From the NCBI GenBank assembly GCA_022842685.1, contig JALHPC010000005.1:20548-84547 (forward strand): a stretch of DNA of 64,000 bases. Direction: 5' to 3'. Of the stretch, positions 32,054-42,666 are shown piece after piece. The first letter of the stretch is position 1. The number at the start of each line of letters is the position of its first letter. The position numbers and the translations under genes were made by a program. This stretch comes from Candidatus Kapaibacterium sp. Its GTDB lineage: Bacteria > Bacteroidota > Ignavibacteria > Kapaibacteriales > Kapaibacteriaceae. Below the pieces are notes generated by a model. The model searched no databases. It saw nothing but the letters and a program-made list of their open reading frames with translations, and was not told the origin of the DNA.

Positions 32054-32938
32054 ATGGCTACCTCGATTGAATCTCGAGCAATGTCCGTCTCGCTCTCCGT
32101 GGGCGTGGGTATGCTTGTGGCCAAGTGGGTGGCCTTTCTCCTTACCTCATCGTCGGTAATCTTCTCCGACGCTGCAGAGTCTGTCGTTCACATCATCGCC
32201 GTCTGGTTTGCTTGGTATGCCATTCGGGTTTCTGAACGTCCTCCCGATGCCGACCACCAGTTTGGCCACGCCAAGATTGGCTTCGTATCTGCTGGCGTCG
32301 AAGGTGGCTTAATCTGCATCGCAGCACTTGTGATTATCGTGAGCGCCGTTACAAAGCTCGTCGAAGGTGTCACGCTCGAAAACGTCGGCATCGGAACGGC
32401 CATCACGGCAGGGGCCGGAGCCGTCAATGCCTTCCTAGGTGTTTACTTGGTCCGCATAGGTAAACGTGGTAGATCGCTCATCGTCGAGGCCAACGGGCAA
32501 CACGTGCTTACCGATGCGTGGACGAGTGCCGGAGCCGTTGGGGGCCTACTTTTGGCATCGTGGACCAACGTGCTGTGGCTCGATCCCGCCATGGCCATCC
32601 TCTTTGGAGCAAATATTATTCGCGAAGGCGTTCGCCTTGTATACGCAAGCGTGCATGGTCTGATGGATCGCTCCGACCCTGAACTCGAGCGACGTGCCCG
32701 TCAAGTGCTCGACGATGCTTGCGCATCAGGAACTTGCTCGTATCACCGCCTGCGCGTTCGTGCCGGCGGCCAAGGCCCTCATGTGGACTTCCATCTAGCA
32801 GTCGACGATGATATGATCATGATTGACGCCCACACCTTGGCCACAACCATCGAAGAACGCCTTCGCGAAGCAATCGGCGCCAACGCCGAAATCATGACGC
32901 ACTTGGAAAGCAAAACACAGCCCGACGGTCACGAATAG
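32054..32938 (+). CDS. Cation diffusion facilitator family transporter
   Basis: Six TM helices, SDAAESVVH and HAKIG motifs, C-terminal cytoplasmic domain. Confidence 0.8.
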   Translation: MATSIESRAMSVSLSVGVGMLVAKWVAFLLTSSSVIFSDAAESVVHIIAVWFAWYAIRVSERPPDADHQFGHAKIGFVSAGVEGGLICIAALVIIVSAVTKLVEGVTLENVGIGTAITAGAGAVNAFLGVYLVRIGKRGRSLIVEANGQHVLTDAWTSAGAVGGLLLASWTNVLWLDPAMAILFGANIIREGVRLVYASVHGLMDRSDPELERRARQVLDDACASGTCSYHRLRVRAGGQGPHVDFHLAVDDDMIMIDAHTLATTIEERLREAIGANAEIMTHLESKTQPDGHE

Positions 32939-32945
32939 GCACCAC

Positions 32946-33626
32946 CTAGCAATACTTGCCGCCCTCGCGTCGCGTTAGGGCCGAAAGCTCCGGATGCGCG
33001 TCAAGGAAGCTCCGCACAGCTCTAGGATCGGTCTTGGAATATTCGCGGAGCGCCCACCCGCTGCCCTTCTGCACAAAGAACTCCTTGCTCGTAGCCCGAT
33101 TCAAGATGTGACTGAATAGCAGATCAACGTCTGTCTCGCTCTTCCACCCAAGTTGCACGATTATGGCCGCCCGCTGCAGCCAGTAGTTCTCGTCGTCAAT
33201 CCATGCCTTCGTTACGCGAACTAATGCCTTACGGTCTCTCCGCAAGATTGGTCCAAGCACCTTCGGCACAATGTAGTCAACCGTATCCCACCAAGCATGA
33301 CGTGTTACGTATTCCTGCAACCATTGGACGTCGCTCGTTTGAAGGTTTCGACGCATCGAAGCCATACAAGCAACATCCCACGCTGCATAGTGGTACTCTC
33401 GCTCCTTGCGCTGGTAGAGCGCTTCAACTTCTGCTCGTAATTCGATAGGGGGCACTGCCATAGCTGCTGCGCGTACGCAAGCGCGACGCTGTGGCGTGGC
33501 AATGCCCAGAAATGGAAACAGGTTGCGCATATAGGCGCTGGCACCCTGCGCACGATGTGCGTCGATATGCGGGCGGAACGTCTCCGCCAACTGCCTAACG
33601 AAGGGCGTTGCGCTTGCTAATGGCAT
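32946..33626 (-). CDS. DNA alkylation repair enzyme (AlkD-like HEAT-repeat glycosylase family)
   Basis: ~225 aa all-helical protein with W/Y-rich repeats (WDVACMA..., WWDTVDYIV...) typical of the DNA_alkylation family. Confidence 0.6.
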   Translation of the reverse strand: MPLASATPFVRQLAETFRPHIDAHRAQGASAYMRNLFPFLGIATPQRRACVRAAAMAVPPIELRAEVEALYQRKEREYHYAAWDVACMASMRRNLQTSDVQWLQEYVTRHAWWDTVDYIVPKVLGPILRRDRKALVRVTKAWIDDENYWLQRAAIIVQLGWKSETDVDLLFSHILNRATSKEFFVQKGSGWALREYSKTDPRAVRSFLDAHPELSALTRREGGKYC

Positions 33627-34779
33627 CGCTCACACGATTGAGTGCTTCGTTGATGTTCTCGATGCTGTTCGCATACGAAAACCGAATGAACCCCTCGCCA
33701 TGCGCACCGAACGCAGTGCCGCTAAGGCAGGCCACACCACCGTCGTACAAAAGGTAGTCGGCACATTCCTGCGACGTCATGCCTGTTTCCGTGATGTTCG
33801 GAAACACGTAAAACGCGCCGTGAGGTTTGTGGCATCGCATACCCGGAATGGAGTTCAATCCAGCCACGATGGCATCGCGTCGACGTTCAAACTCAGCAAG
33901 GAAGTCATTTACGTACGGCAGCGTCCTGTCATGCAAAGCTTCGATGCCGGCAATCTGCGAAAACGAACTCGTGCAGCTTGTGCAGTTCGTTTGCAACTTG
34001 GCAACAACCTTGGCCATGTCTTTCGGGAACATGCCGTAACCAAGTCGCCATCCCGTCATGGCAAACGTCTTCGAAAAGCCGTCAAGAATGATGGTTCGCT
34101 CCTGCATCCCATCAAACTCGGTAATCGACGTATGCTTGAAATCACCATACGTTACCTGCGAGTAAATCTCATCGCTCAGCACAATCAGGTTGTGCCGAAT
34201 AGCTAGCTCGGCAATCTGCTCTAAATCCTCACGCGTTAGAATGCCTCCTGTGGGATTCTGCGGTGTATTCAAAATCACCATACGCGTCTTGGGTGTGATA
34301 CGCGCCTCGAGGTCTGCAACGTCAAACCGAAACTCCTTCTCTTCCCTCAGTGGAAGGGGCACCGGTGTGGCCTTCAGGAAGTTGATCACCGATTCGTAAA
34401 TCGGGAAGCCAGGGTTTGGATAAATCACCTCATCCCCTTCGTCAATACAAGCCATCATGCCGTAAAACATGATGGGCTTTGCCCCAGGCGTTATCACAAC
34501 ATGGTCGGCATCCCACATCGAATAGCCACGTGTCTTGTTCACATAGTCGGCCACGGCCTGGCGTGCCTCTGTCAACCCAGCAGACGGACCGTAATGGGTA
34601 AAGCCGCGATCCAGTGCATCCTTGGCTGCTTGAATAATGTTCGGCGGAGTGTCGAAGTCGGGTTCGCCAATCTCGAGGTGGACGATATTGCGCCCCTGCG
34701 CCTCTAACGCACGAGCCTTAACAAGTACTTCGAATGCGGTTTCGGTTCCAAGGCGAGAGATTCGTTCAGCGATGTGCAT
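33595..34779 (-). CDS. Pyridoxal-phosphate-dependent aminotransferase, class I (aspartate aminotransferase-like)
   Basis: NPGFPIYE, SKTFAMTGWRLGY (PLP-Lys region), fold-type I length. Confidence 0.85.
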   Translation of the reverse strand: MHIAERISRLGTETAFEVLVKARALEAQGRNIVHLEIGEPDFDTPPNIIQAAKDALDRGFTHYGPSAGLTEARQAVADYVNKTRGYSMWDADHVVITPGAKPIMFYGMMACIDEGDEVIYPNPGFPIYESVINFLKATPVPLPLREEKEFRFDVADLEARITPKTRMVILNTPQNPTGGILTREDLEQIAELAIRHNLIVLSDEIYSQVTYGDFKHTSITEFDGMQERTIILDGFSKTFAMTGWRLGYGMFPKDMAKVVAKLQTNCTSCTSSFSQIAGIEALHDRTLPYVNDFLAEFERRRDAIVAGLNSIPGMRCHKPHGAFYVFPNITETGMTSQECADYLLYDGGVACLSGTAFGAHGEGFIRFSYANSIENINEALNRVSDAISKRNALR

Positions 34780-34844
34780 ACGATGTGGGTTGTGGAATGA
34801 TTGAAGGGACTACAAAAGTACGGTGCTAAAAACTAGGCTTAGGC

Positions 34845-35321
34845 CTACAGTTTTGTGGCTCCAATAGGCAGGGTTTGATAGCCAAGCGTAATCTGGCGCA
34901 CTGTATCCTCGATGGCGTCGGTGGCTATGTGGACGGTATAGTGTGCCGCGGGAAGGAGGTGTTCGGCCTTTTCCGACCATTCGACGAGTTTGATGGCGTC
35001 GTGGGCAAATACACAGTCGTCGAAGCCTACCTCTGCCAGCTCTTCCTGAGAGTCGATACGATAGAGATCTACGTGGTAGAGTTTCACCGCGTCGCCGTCG
35101 GGAAACACACCATCATACTGATTGATGATGGTGAAGGTGGGGCTGGTTACAAGTTGTTCAACCTCGAAATACGAGCAGATGCCCTTAACAAACTCAGTTT
35201 TGCCGGCGCCTAAATCGCCGTAGAGGGCTACAACGTCACCCAGTCGCAAACGCGATGCGAACTCCTTGCCGAGAGCGATTGTGGTGTCCTCGCTGTCGGA
35301 ACGGAGGGTCTCCGTAGTCAT
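34845..35321 (-). CDS. tsaE: tRNA threonylcarbamoyladenosine biosynthesis protein TsaE
   Basis: ALYGDLGAGKTEFVKG P-loop and TSPTFTI motif of YjeE/TsaE. Confidence 0.85.
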   Translation of the reverse strand: MTTETLRSDSEDTTIALGKEFASRLRLGDVVALYGDLGAGKTEFVKGICSYFEVEQLVTSPTFTIINQYDGVFPDGDAVKLYHVDLYRIDSQEELAEVGFDDCVFAHDAIKLVEWSEKAEHLLPAAHYTVHIATDAIEDTVRQITLGYQTLPIGATKL

Positions 35322-35393
35322 GCTGTGGTGTCTCACGTGGAACAAGTTGCACCGCAGCCAACGTGGTGAACCTCGGCAAGAACGCCGAGCGAA

Positions 35394-36974
35394 TCAACTG
35401 CGTGCCTCCAAAACTACGACGGGAAGGATCATTTCCTCTAACGAAATCCCTCCATGTTGGAAACTATCGCGGTACTTGTTCAGGTAGTGATTGTAATCGG
35501 TTGGGTAGACGAAGTAGCGATCCTCTTTGGCGATGACGACATTCGTGGTTACTCCACCAGCGGGAATCTTCCACGCTGCGGGGTCACGAATGACGATGGC
35601 ATCGCGATCGTCGGCCTTGACGTTCTTACCGATTTTGTAGCGGAGGTTGGTGGTTGTTTCGCGATCGCCAAAGACCTTCGAGCCACGCATGCAGCGCACA
35701 CTGCCGTGGTCGGTTGTAATCACAATGCGAGCACCAGGAACGGCGGCTAACGTCTTAAGGATGCCATAGAAGCTGCTATGCTTGAACCAGCTTCGCGTAA
35801 GCGACCGATAGGCGGCCTCGTCAGGCGCGATCTCCTTCAGGATAGGATAGTCGGAGCGTGAGTGTGCGATCATGTCGACGGCATTGATAACAATCGCCGT
35901 CAGCTCGTTTCGCGCATAACGCATGATCTCTCCTTCGATGCGTTTGCCAAAGTCTGTGTCGACAATCTTGATGTACTTGAGGTCGGTACTTAGGTTCACG
36001 CGGCGGCGCTTCAGCAAGTGCGCCAGCAGTTCTTTCTCGTTGCGATTGAGCGTGTGTTCGTCGCTGCCCCGTTCATCAATGGCAAACTGGGGATAGTGTT
36101 TGTTGATCTCGGTTGGGAACAAACCAGCGAAGATGCTGTTGCGAGCGTACGGTGTGGCTGTTGGTAGGATGCCGCAGTAGTAGTCGCGCTGGACGGTGTA
36201 GAGGTGACGAATCTCCTCTTCCATCACCAGCCACTGGTCGAGGCGCATGCAGTCGACAACGATGAAGAACGTTGGTGCCTTGGAGGAGAGGCGTGGCAGG
36301 ACGTATTGGTCGACGATGTGAGGCGACAGCAAAGGAGTATCGCCCTTGCGCTTCTCTCTGTCGACAAGCCAGCTGGGATACTCGTTCTCGACAAACTTCG
36401 AGAACTCTGCATTGCATTCGCGCCACTGGTCGCGCAACGACTGTTCGAGACCGACATCTGGGTGGGCGTCAAGGTCGAGACTGCGCTGTACGAGGCGGAT
36501 GTAGAGGTCGAGCCATTCGGACCATGACAACTGGTCCATCAGGCGGCGCGAGATGGTGCTATACTCTTGGTGAAACTGCTCGGTAAATCGCTGCTCGGAA
36601 ATGCGCCTCGAGTCGAGGAATTTTTTGCAGGCTGCAAGGATCTGCGTAGGGTTGACGGGTTTCGTAAGGTAGTCGTCGATCTTGCGGCCAATGGCCTCCT
36701 CCATCAGCGACTCTTGTTCGTTCTTGGTCACCATGACAACGGGTACCGATGGGTCGATGTCTTTGAGGACAGCAAGTGTTTCGAGTCCAGAGATACCCAC
36801 CATGGTTTCGTCGAGAAACACGAGTTCGAAGCGCTGTGCCTGCGCCATCTCGATGGCGTCTTCGCCGTTGGTAGCAGTGCTAACGTCGTAACCACGTTGC
36901 TCGAGAAGAATCAGGTGGGGCCGAAGGAGTTCTATCTCGTCGTCGACCCAAAGAATGCGCTTGCGATCTGCCAT
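35394..36974 (-). CDS. porX: PorX-type response regulator (CheY receiver fused to PglZ/alkaline-phosphatase-like domain)
   Basis: N-terminal receiver (ILWVDDE...DETM), ~400 aa C-terminal PglZ-like domain; this architecture and length match the T9SS regulator PorX. Confidence 0.7.
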   Translation of the reverse strand: MADRKRILWVDDEIELLRPHLILLEQRGYDVSTATNGEDAIEMAQAQRFELVFLDETMVGISGLETLAVLKDIDPSVPVVMVTKNEQESLMEEAIGRKIDDYLTKPVNPTQILAACKKFLDSRRISEQRFTEQFHQEYSTISRRLMDQLSWSEWLDLYIRLVQRSLDLDAHPDVGLEQSLRDQWRECNAEFSKFVENEYPSWLVDREKRKGDTPLLSPHIVDQYVLPRLSSKAPTFFIVVDCMRLDQWLVMEEEIRHLYTVQRDYYCGILPTATPYARNSIFAGLFPTEINKHYPQFAIDERGSDEHTLNRNEKELLAHLLKRRRVNLSTDLKYIKIVDTDFGKRIEGEIMRYARNELTAIVINAVDMIAHSRSDYPILKEIAPDEAAYRSLTRSWFKHSSFYGILKTLAAVPGARIVITTDHGSVRCMRGSKVFGDRETTTNLRYKIGKNVKADDRDAIVIRDPAAWKIPAGGVTTNVVIAKEDRYFVYPTDYNHYLNKYRDSFQHGGISLEEMILPVVVLEARS

Positions 36975-37027
36975 GGTGTATCGGAATGGTTGCTGAAATC
37001 GAACGTCTTCGACGTTTGCAGGCGTGT

Positions 37028-37507
37028 TTATTGTCCGCCTGATGATTCGCCAGCATGGTGGTCGACGTCAATGACGGCCATGGTGGTAGTTGCTCGGGCG
37101 ATGTGCGTAACGGAACCGTCGTGCGCATGGCAGTATACATCGGCCTCGCAGAAGTGCACCCGTCGACCGGCCTTCACCACGCGTCCTACGGCGCGGAGCG
37201 TTCCACGATGCCCCTTAGCAAAGTAGGAGATTTTGATCTCGGCAGTAACGGTATGTTGATGCGGAGCTACGAGAGTGAAGGCCGCAAACCCTGCTGCAAC
37301 ATCGGCAATGGTTGCGGTTACGCCGCCATGCACGAGGCCGAGTTGCTGTTGGTGGATTGCCTCGAGGTTGATTTCGGCAACAACGTGTCCGGGCTCGATG
37401 GTTGTTAACATACAGCCAATATGATGCATGAAGCGCTGCCGCTCTAAGTGGCGAAGGATCGTCTGGCGGAAGTCGGGATTGCGAACGGTAAATGAAGTGG
37501 TTGACAT
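37028..37507 (-). CDS. PaaI-family hot-dog thioesterase
   Basis: HGGVTATIAD hot-dog thioesterase motif; start ATG 37507 (alternative 37540). Confidence 0.7.
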   Translation of the reverse strand: MSTTSFTVRNPDFRQTILRHLERQRFMHHIGCMLTTIEPGHVVAEINLEAIHQQQLGLVHGGVTATIADVAAGFAAFTLVAPHQHTVTAEIKISYFAKGHRGTLRAVGRVVKAGRRVHFCEADVYCHAHDGSVTHIARATTTMAVIDVDHHAGESSGGQ

Positions 37508-37604
37508 ATCGCAAAGATAGGGCTCTTGGTGCACGGCCAACCTGAGAACACCACAGGATGGAGTGGTTCGTCATAGCGCGTCGAAAACGACTATTGACAG
37601 CACC

Positions 37605-38906
37605 ATGAACCTGAACAAATTCACCATTCGAGCACAAGAGGCACTACAACGAGCACAGGAGGCAGCGTCTTCGGCTAGCCACCAGGCCATTGCACCCGAA
37701 CATCTAATGATGGCACTTCTACGAGAAGAATCGGGTCTTACCAAGGCCATTCTTGATCGCATCGGCGCTAACGTGGCGCAGATTCAGAGCACATTATCGA
37801 AGCAGCTAGAGCGCATGCCAACGGTGACGGGCGTTACCGGCACACACCTATCGAACGAGTTGCAGCGCGTTCTGCAGACAGCGGCCAACGAGGCAAAAGA
37901 CATGAAGGATAGCTTTGTGTCGGTTGAACACCTATTGCTGGCACTGGCAACTCAAGGCGGTACTGTTGCCGATGCCTTGCACAGTCAGGGCGTAACTCGC
38001 GCCACACTTACGAAGGCACTTGTGGATGTGCGGGGATCGCAAACGGTGACGGATCAGAATGCCGAGGACAAATATCAATCACTACAGAAGTACGCCCGCA
38101 ATCTGAACGAAGAAGCCACGAAGGGCAAGATCGATCCAGTGATCGGCCGCGAGGACGAGATTCGGCGGGTCCTGCAGGTTTTGTCGCGTCGCACGAAGAA
38201 CAATCCGGTGTTGATTGGCGAACCAGGAGTGGGCAAGACAGCCATTGTTGAAGGTATTGCCCAACGCATTGTGTCGCAAGACGTTCCAGAAACGCTCAAG
38301 ACTAAGACGATTTATTCGCTCGACATGGGAGCCCTGATTGCAGGAACGCAGTATCGCGGACAGTTTGAAGAACGCCTAAAAGCCGTGGTAAAAGAAGTAA
38401 CCGAAGCCAATGGCGAGATCATTCTGTTTATCGACGAGCTACACACATTGGTTGGAGCTGGCGCAACCCAGGGTGCCATGGATGCAGCCAATATTCTTAA
38501 GCCAGCGCTCGCACGTGGAGATCTGCGGGCCATCGGAGCAACAACGTTGGACGAGTACCGGCAACACATTGAAAAGGATCCGGCGCTAGAGCGCCGATTT
38601 CAAAAGGTCCTGGTTGCCGAGCCATCGGTCGACGACACGATTTCTATTCTGCGTGGACTAAAAGAACGCTACGAAGTGCATCACGGCGTACGTATTACCG
38701 ATGCAGCCATCGTTGCAGCTGCGCAACTGTCGAATCGGTACATTACCGACAGATTTTTGCCCGACAAGGCCATCGACCTTGTGGACGAAGCGGCCTCGAA
38801 GCTCCGCATCGAGATTGCCTCGATGCCCGAAGAAGTCGACACGCTGGAGCGTCGTATCAGGCAACTGGAAATCGAGCGCGAAGCACTGCTGCGAGAGCTG
38901 GCGTGA
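37605..38906 (+). pseudogene. clpB: clpB, 3'-truncated: N-domain plus NBD1 only, stop after first ~20 residues of the middle coiled-coil
   Basis: ClpB N-domain, Walker [14 protein letters not shown], Walker B ILFIDELH, then [24 protein letters not shown]-stop; no downstream frame continues as M-domain/NBD2. Confidence 0.7.
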
Positions 38907-38977
38907 TGATATCAACCCACGCCACGACAACAGAAACTCGTTAACTTCGAAACAATCTTTTTGAGGAAGAAGCAACC

Positions 38978-39181
38978 ATGAACCTACGGTATCACCTGCT
39001 GTGGCTGGCTATAACAGCACCGCTCTTTGCGCTGGGATTGACATGGTTTGAAAGCCAAACAGACGGAACAGAATTCAGTGGCAGAACCTTCGGAATTCTC
39101 TTCTGTTGTTATGTAGTGGTCGGGGTACTCTTGTATCCACTACAACGTCGGCTTAGTACATGGACGACGAAACAACCGTAG
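38978..39181 (+). CDS. Hypothetical 67-aa two-helix membrane protein
   Basis: ORF only; two hydrophobic segments; locally lower GC; stop codon 3 bp from the convergent nuoI stop. Confidence 0.3.
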   Translation: MNLRYHLLWLAITAPLFALGLTWFESQTDGTEFSGRTFGILFCCYVVVGVLLYPLQRRLSTWTTKQP

Positions 39182-39184
39182 CGC

Positions 39185-39685
39185 TTAACGCCACTGGCGC
39201 AAAAACTCCAAGCGGTCCTGCAGTTGCGATACGGGAATAAGCAGCTTTTCCTTGCCAAGGATGCCTTCGTCCTGTGATCCAAAGACTAGCTCGTAGTCTT
39301 TCGACATCACGATGGCTTCTTCCGGACATACCTCTTCGCAAAAACCGCAATAGATGCAGCGCAGCATGTTAATCTCGAACAGCTCTGGATAGCGCTCTTT
39401 TTCTTTGTCGGTTTCGGCTGCCCGTACCTCGATGGCCAACGCCGGACATACGCGCGAACACAAACCACACGCAACACAGCGCTCGCCATCTTCTTCCTGT
39501 ACAAGCACAGGCCGGCCACGATACGAACCTTCTGGCTCCCAACGCTCTTCTGGATACTGTCGCGTAAACTTGGGCCTGAACATTTGTCGCAGCGTAAGCC
39601 CTAACCCACGTGCAATCTCGGGAAGGTAAATCCTTTCCCAAAAGGTCATCCGTTCTGATTCAATGTTCGTCGTAACGTTCGCCAT
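39185..39685 (-). CDS. nuoI: NADH-quinone oxidoreductase subunit I
   Basis: Two CxxCxxCxxxCP ferredoxin motifs ([24 protein letters not shown]). Confidence 0.92.
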   Translation of the reverse strand: MANVTTNIESERMTFWERIYLPEIARGLGLTLRQMFRPKFTRQYPEERWEPEGSYRGRPVLVQEEDGERCVACGLCSRVCPALAIEVRAAETDKEKERYPELFEINMLRCIYCGFCEEVCPEEAIVMSKDYELVFGSQDEGILGKEKLLIPVSQLQDRLEFLRQWR

Positions 39686-39701
39686 AGCGTCTACTAAAGA
39701 A

Positions 39702-40751
39702 TTAACGGTTTAACAACAGCATAACCGTACCTGTCACAGCAATGTTTGCCAACGACAGCGGAAGCAAAATCTTCCATCCAAGGTTCATCAACTGGTCGTA
39801 ACGGAAACGTGGCAACGACCAGCGAATCCAGATAAATACAAACACCAAGAGCAGCGACTTCCCAACAAACGCACCGTGCTGCAATAGGACAAGGGGCAAC
39901 GATCCTGGCTCTAGGCCTAATATGGTGGCGTCATCAAGAAACGGAATGATGTCCCAACCGCCCAAAAACAATGTGGCCATGATTGCACTCGACGCCAGCA
40001 TGTTGGCATACTCGGCAAGGTAGAGTAGTCCAAACTTCATGCCCGAATACTCGGTGTGGTAGCCGCCAACAAGTTCCGGCTCGGCTTCGGGAAGGTCGAA
40101 CGGCGCACGATTGGTTTCAGCGAGCGCCGTCACCAAAAAGATGATGAAGGCGATGGGCTGGTAAAACACGTTCCATGCGCCAGCACTTTGACCGCGGATG
40201 ATGTCGACTAAGTTCAACGATCCGGCAATCATCACGACGCCAATGATGGACAGACCCATCGAGAGTTCATACGAAATCATCTGAGCCGATGAACGTAAGC
40301 CCCCCATCAACGAATACTTGTTGTTCGACGACCAGCCCGCAAGCGCAACACCATAAACACCCACCGACGTCATGGCAAGGATTACGAGCAAGGCCACGTT
40401 CATGTCGGGTGCCATGGTAAGCGAAATCATCCGTCCGCCAATTTCAACGGCATCACTCCACGGAATGACCGCATAGACGGTAATGGCCACCGCAATTGAT
40501 ATCACCGGAGCAAGCGCATGAAAGCGGTAGTCGGCGGCTGCAGGAACAACGTCTTCCTTTAGATACAGCTTGAATACGTCGGCAAATGACTGAAATAGTC
40601 CCCATGGCCCTACACGGTTAGGTCCAATGCGGTTCTGAATCCATGCGGCAATCTTGCGCTCGGCAAGAACCATGTACGCCGCCGCGATAAGCATCGCGTT
40701 AACGAGGATGCCGCCCTTGGCGACAATGATGGCGAAATCTATCCAATCCAT
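39702..40751 (-). CDS. nuoH: NADH-quinone oxidoreductase subunit H
   Basis: Polytopic NuoH/ND1 sequence ([25 protein letters not shown]...). Confidence 0.92.
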   Translation of the reverse strand: MDWIDFAIIVAKGGILVNAMLIAAAYMVLAERKIAAWIQNRIGPNRVGPWGLFQSFADVFKLYLKEDVVPAAADYRFHALAPVISIAVAITVYAVIPWSDAVEIGGRMISLTMAPDMNVALLVILAMTSVGVYGVALAGWSSNNKYSLMGGLRSSAQMISYELSMGLSIIGVVMIAGSLNLVDIIRGQSAGAWNVFYQPIAFIIFLVTALAETNRAPFDLPEAEPELVGGYHTEYSGMKFGLLYLAEYANMLASSAIMATLFLGGWDIIPFLDDATILGLEPGSLPLVLLQHGAFVGKSLLLVFVFIWIRWSLPRFRYDQLMNLGWKILLPLSLANIAVTGTVMLLLNR

Positions 40752-40803
40752 GCTGTGCGGTATGTGTGGTTCATATTCAACCGTCGTCTAACTGTCCGAA
40801 ATC

Positions 40804-42579
40804 TTAATTGGGCTTCAATACGTGCGATTCGTACACCGTTCCAACAGGATCCGGCTGTCCACCCTTGCCAAGAACGAGACCGTAGTTGGCGTCCAACGAG
40901 GCGTATGTCATGCTCTGAAACGCAGCCACGTGCTGGGAAATGTCGGCAAACACGTCTTCGGCAGACTTCCACGACCACGTTGTACCCAGCGCAGCGGCAA
41001 GGTCGCGAATGACTCGCCAAGCCGCCCGGCTGTTGCGGCGCGTGCCGTCGGTCCAGCGGTCATTAGGGGCGCCAAACTTGTCCCACCGGCTCATGGCCAT
41101 ACCCATGTACCGCACGTTCTCCTGCGTAACAACTGCAGGCTTGAAGTGCTGCACACGATGCATCGTGTTGGTAAACGTGCCGTGACTTTCTGCGAACGAA
41201 GCCGCAGGGAACAGCACCGATGCCTGCATCGCTGTTACCGATGCCTTCGACGAGAACACAATCATGGCGTCGACGCCTGCCGCAAGTTCTGCTAGTCGTT
41301 GCGACGAACTGTCCAATGTATCCTCGAGTACAACCAGAACCTTTACGCTTCCACTAGCAATGCGTTCTGCAAGCTGCCCTAGGTTGTACCCCCCGTTGCC
41401 CGGAGCCACACCCACGGCATGGGCGCCAATGGCATTGGGTGCCGTTTCTGGAACGCGAAGCTGGCTGTCGCCAAATGTGGCGTCGATGTGCTTGATGAAA
41501 TCTACATTAGCTGTTTTGATAACCTTAGAGGCCAGCTGAGCCAATGCATAGTTGTCTTCGTTGCTGGCGTGGGCTGAACCCAGCACAACGACGTCCTGCG
41601 GGCGTGCTGCCTTGAGGATGGCGGCAGCGTGCGCTGTAGCTTCCTCCCACGATGCTGACTGAAGCTGTCCATCCCTGCGAATCATTGGCCCGTCGGTGCG
41701 GTTGTCGTTAATGGCTGCTGGAGTCGTCAGGCGTCCATAATCGCACATCCAGTACGTGTTCACGTGCATGTTCGTGCGCGGCTCAACACGCAACACCTCG
41801 TTATTCATCACACCAATCTTGATGTTGCAGCCACGAGCGCAGCCCGGGCACACGCTATCGGTGAACGACATCTCCCAAACGCGAGCACGGAAGCGGAAGT
41901 CGATGCTTGTAAGGGCACCGACCGGACATATATCAATAACATTCATCGAGTATGGCGAATCGAAGGTCGTTCCTGGGAACGTCTCAATCGTCACTTTGTC
42001 GCCACGCTGCACAAACGTCAGCACTGGCTGATGCGCAACTTCATCGGCGAATCGAATGCACCTCGAACATGAGATACACCGCTCGCCGTCGAACATAATC
42101 TGTGGTCCTAGCTGCACGCGCTTTGGCTTGTGCACCTTTTCATCGTCAAAACGGCTCTTGCCTCGGCTATGCCTGAAGGCATATTCCTGAAGCTTGCACT
42201 GGCCGGCTTCGTCGCAAATCGGACAGTCCAACGGATGGTTCACCAGCAGGAACTCCATAATGGCTTCCTGGGCATCGACGGTCCGCTTTCCAGCGGTATC
42301 CACCACCATGCCGTCTGCCACTGGTGTTGCGCAGGCAATCTGCATCTTAGGAATCCACGCGACATCTGGCTGGCCATCGGCCATGAACTGCAGTGCCCCC
42401 TCGCTGTCTTTTTTCTGGTTGCCTACCTGTACAAGGCACATGCGACAGTTGCCGGCAACCGACAGTGCGGGGTGCCAACAGAAGTGAGGAATGGTGATAC
42501 CATGGTCAAGAGCAGCCTCGATGATGGTCTGGCCCTGCTTGGCTACAATGGATTGTCCGTCTATGATGATCTTCGGCAT
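40804..42579 (-). CDS. nuoG: NADH-quinone oxidoreductase subunit G
   Basis: N-terminal 2Fe-2S and 4Fe-4S cysteine motifs (CWHPALSVAGNCRMC, CPICDEAGQC), molybdopterin-like C-terminal domain; ATG at 42579. Confidence 0.9.
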   Translation of the reverse strand: MPKIIIDGQSIVAKQGQTIIEAALDHGITIPHFCWHPALSVAGNCRMCLVQVGNQKKDSEGALQFMADGQPDVAWIPKMQIACATPVADGMVVDTAGKRTVDAQEAIMEFLLVNHPLDCPICDEAGQCKLQEYAFRHSRGKSRFDDEKVHKPKRVQLGPQIMFDGERCISCSRCIRFADEVAHQPVLTFVQRGDKVTIETFPGTTFDSPYSMNVIDICPVGALTSIDFRFRARVWEMSFTDSVCPGCARGCNIKIGVMNNEVLRVEPRTNMHVNTYWMCDYGRLTTPAAINDNRTDGPMIRRDGQLQSASWEEATAHAAAILKAARPQDVVVLGSAHASNEDNYALAQLASKVIKTANVDFIKHIDATFGDSQLRVPETAPNAIGAHAVGVAPGNGGYNLGQLAERIASGSVKVLVVLEDTLDSSSQRLAELAAGVDAMIVFSSKASVTAMQASVLFPAASFAESHGTFTNTMHRVQHFKPAVVTQENVRYMGMAMSRWDKFGAPNDRWTDGTRRNSRAAWRVIRDLAAALGTTWSWKSAEDVFADISQHVAAFQSMTYASLDANYGLVLGKGGQPDPVGTVYESHVLKPN

Positions 42580-42666
42580 GCTGTATCGTCGTTGATTTCG
42601 TTGCTGGCGTATTCTACCGAAAGGCCCACCAAAATACGACATTCACCGTATCCCTTTGGCATTCCC

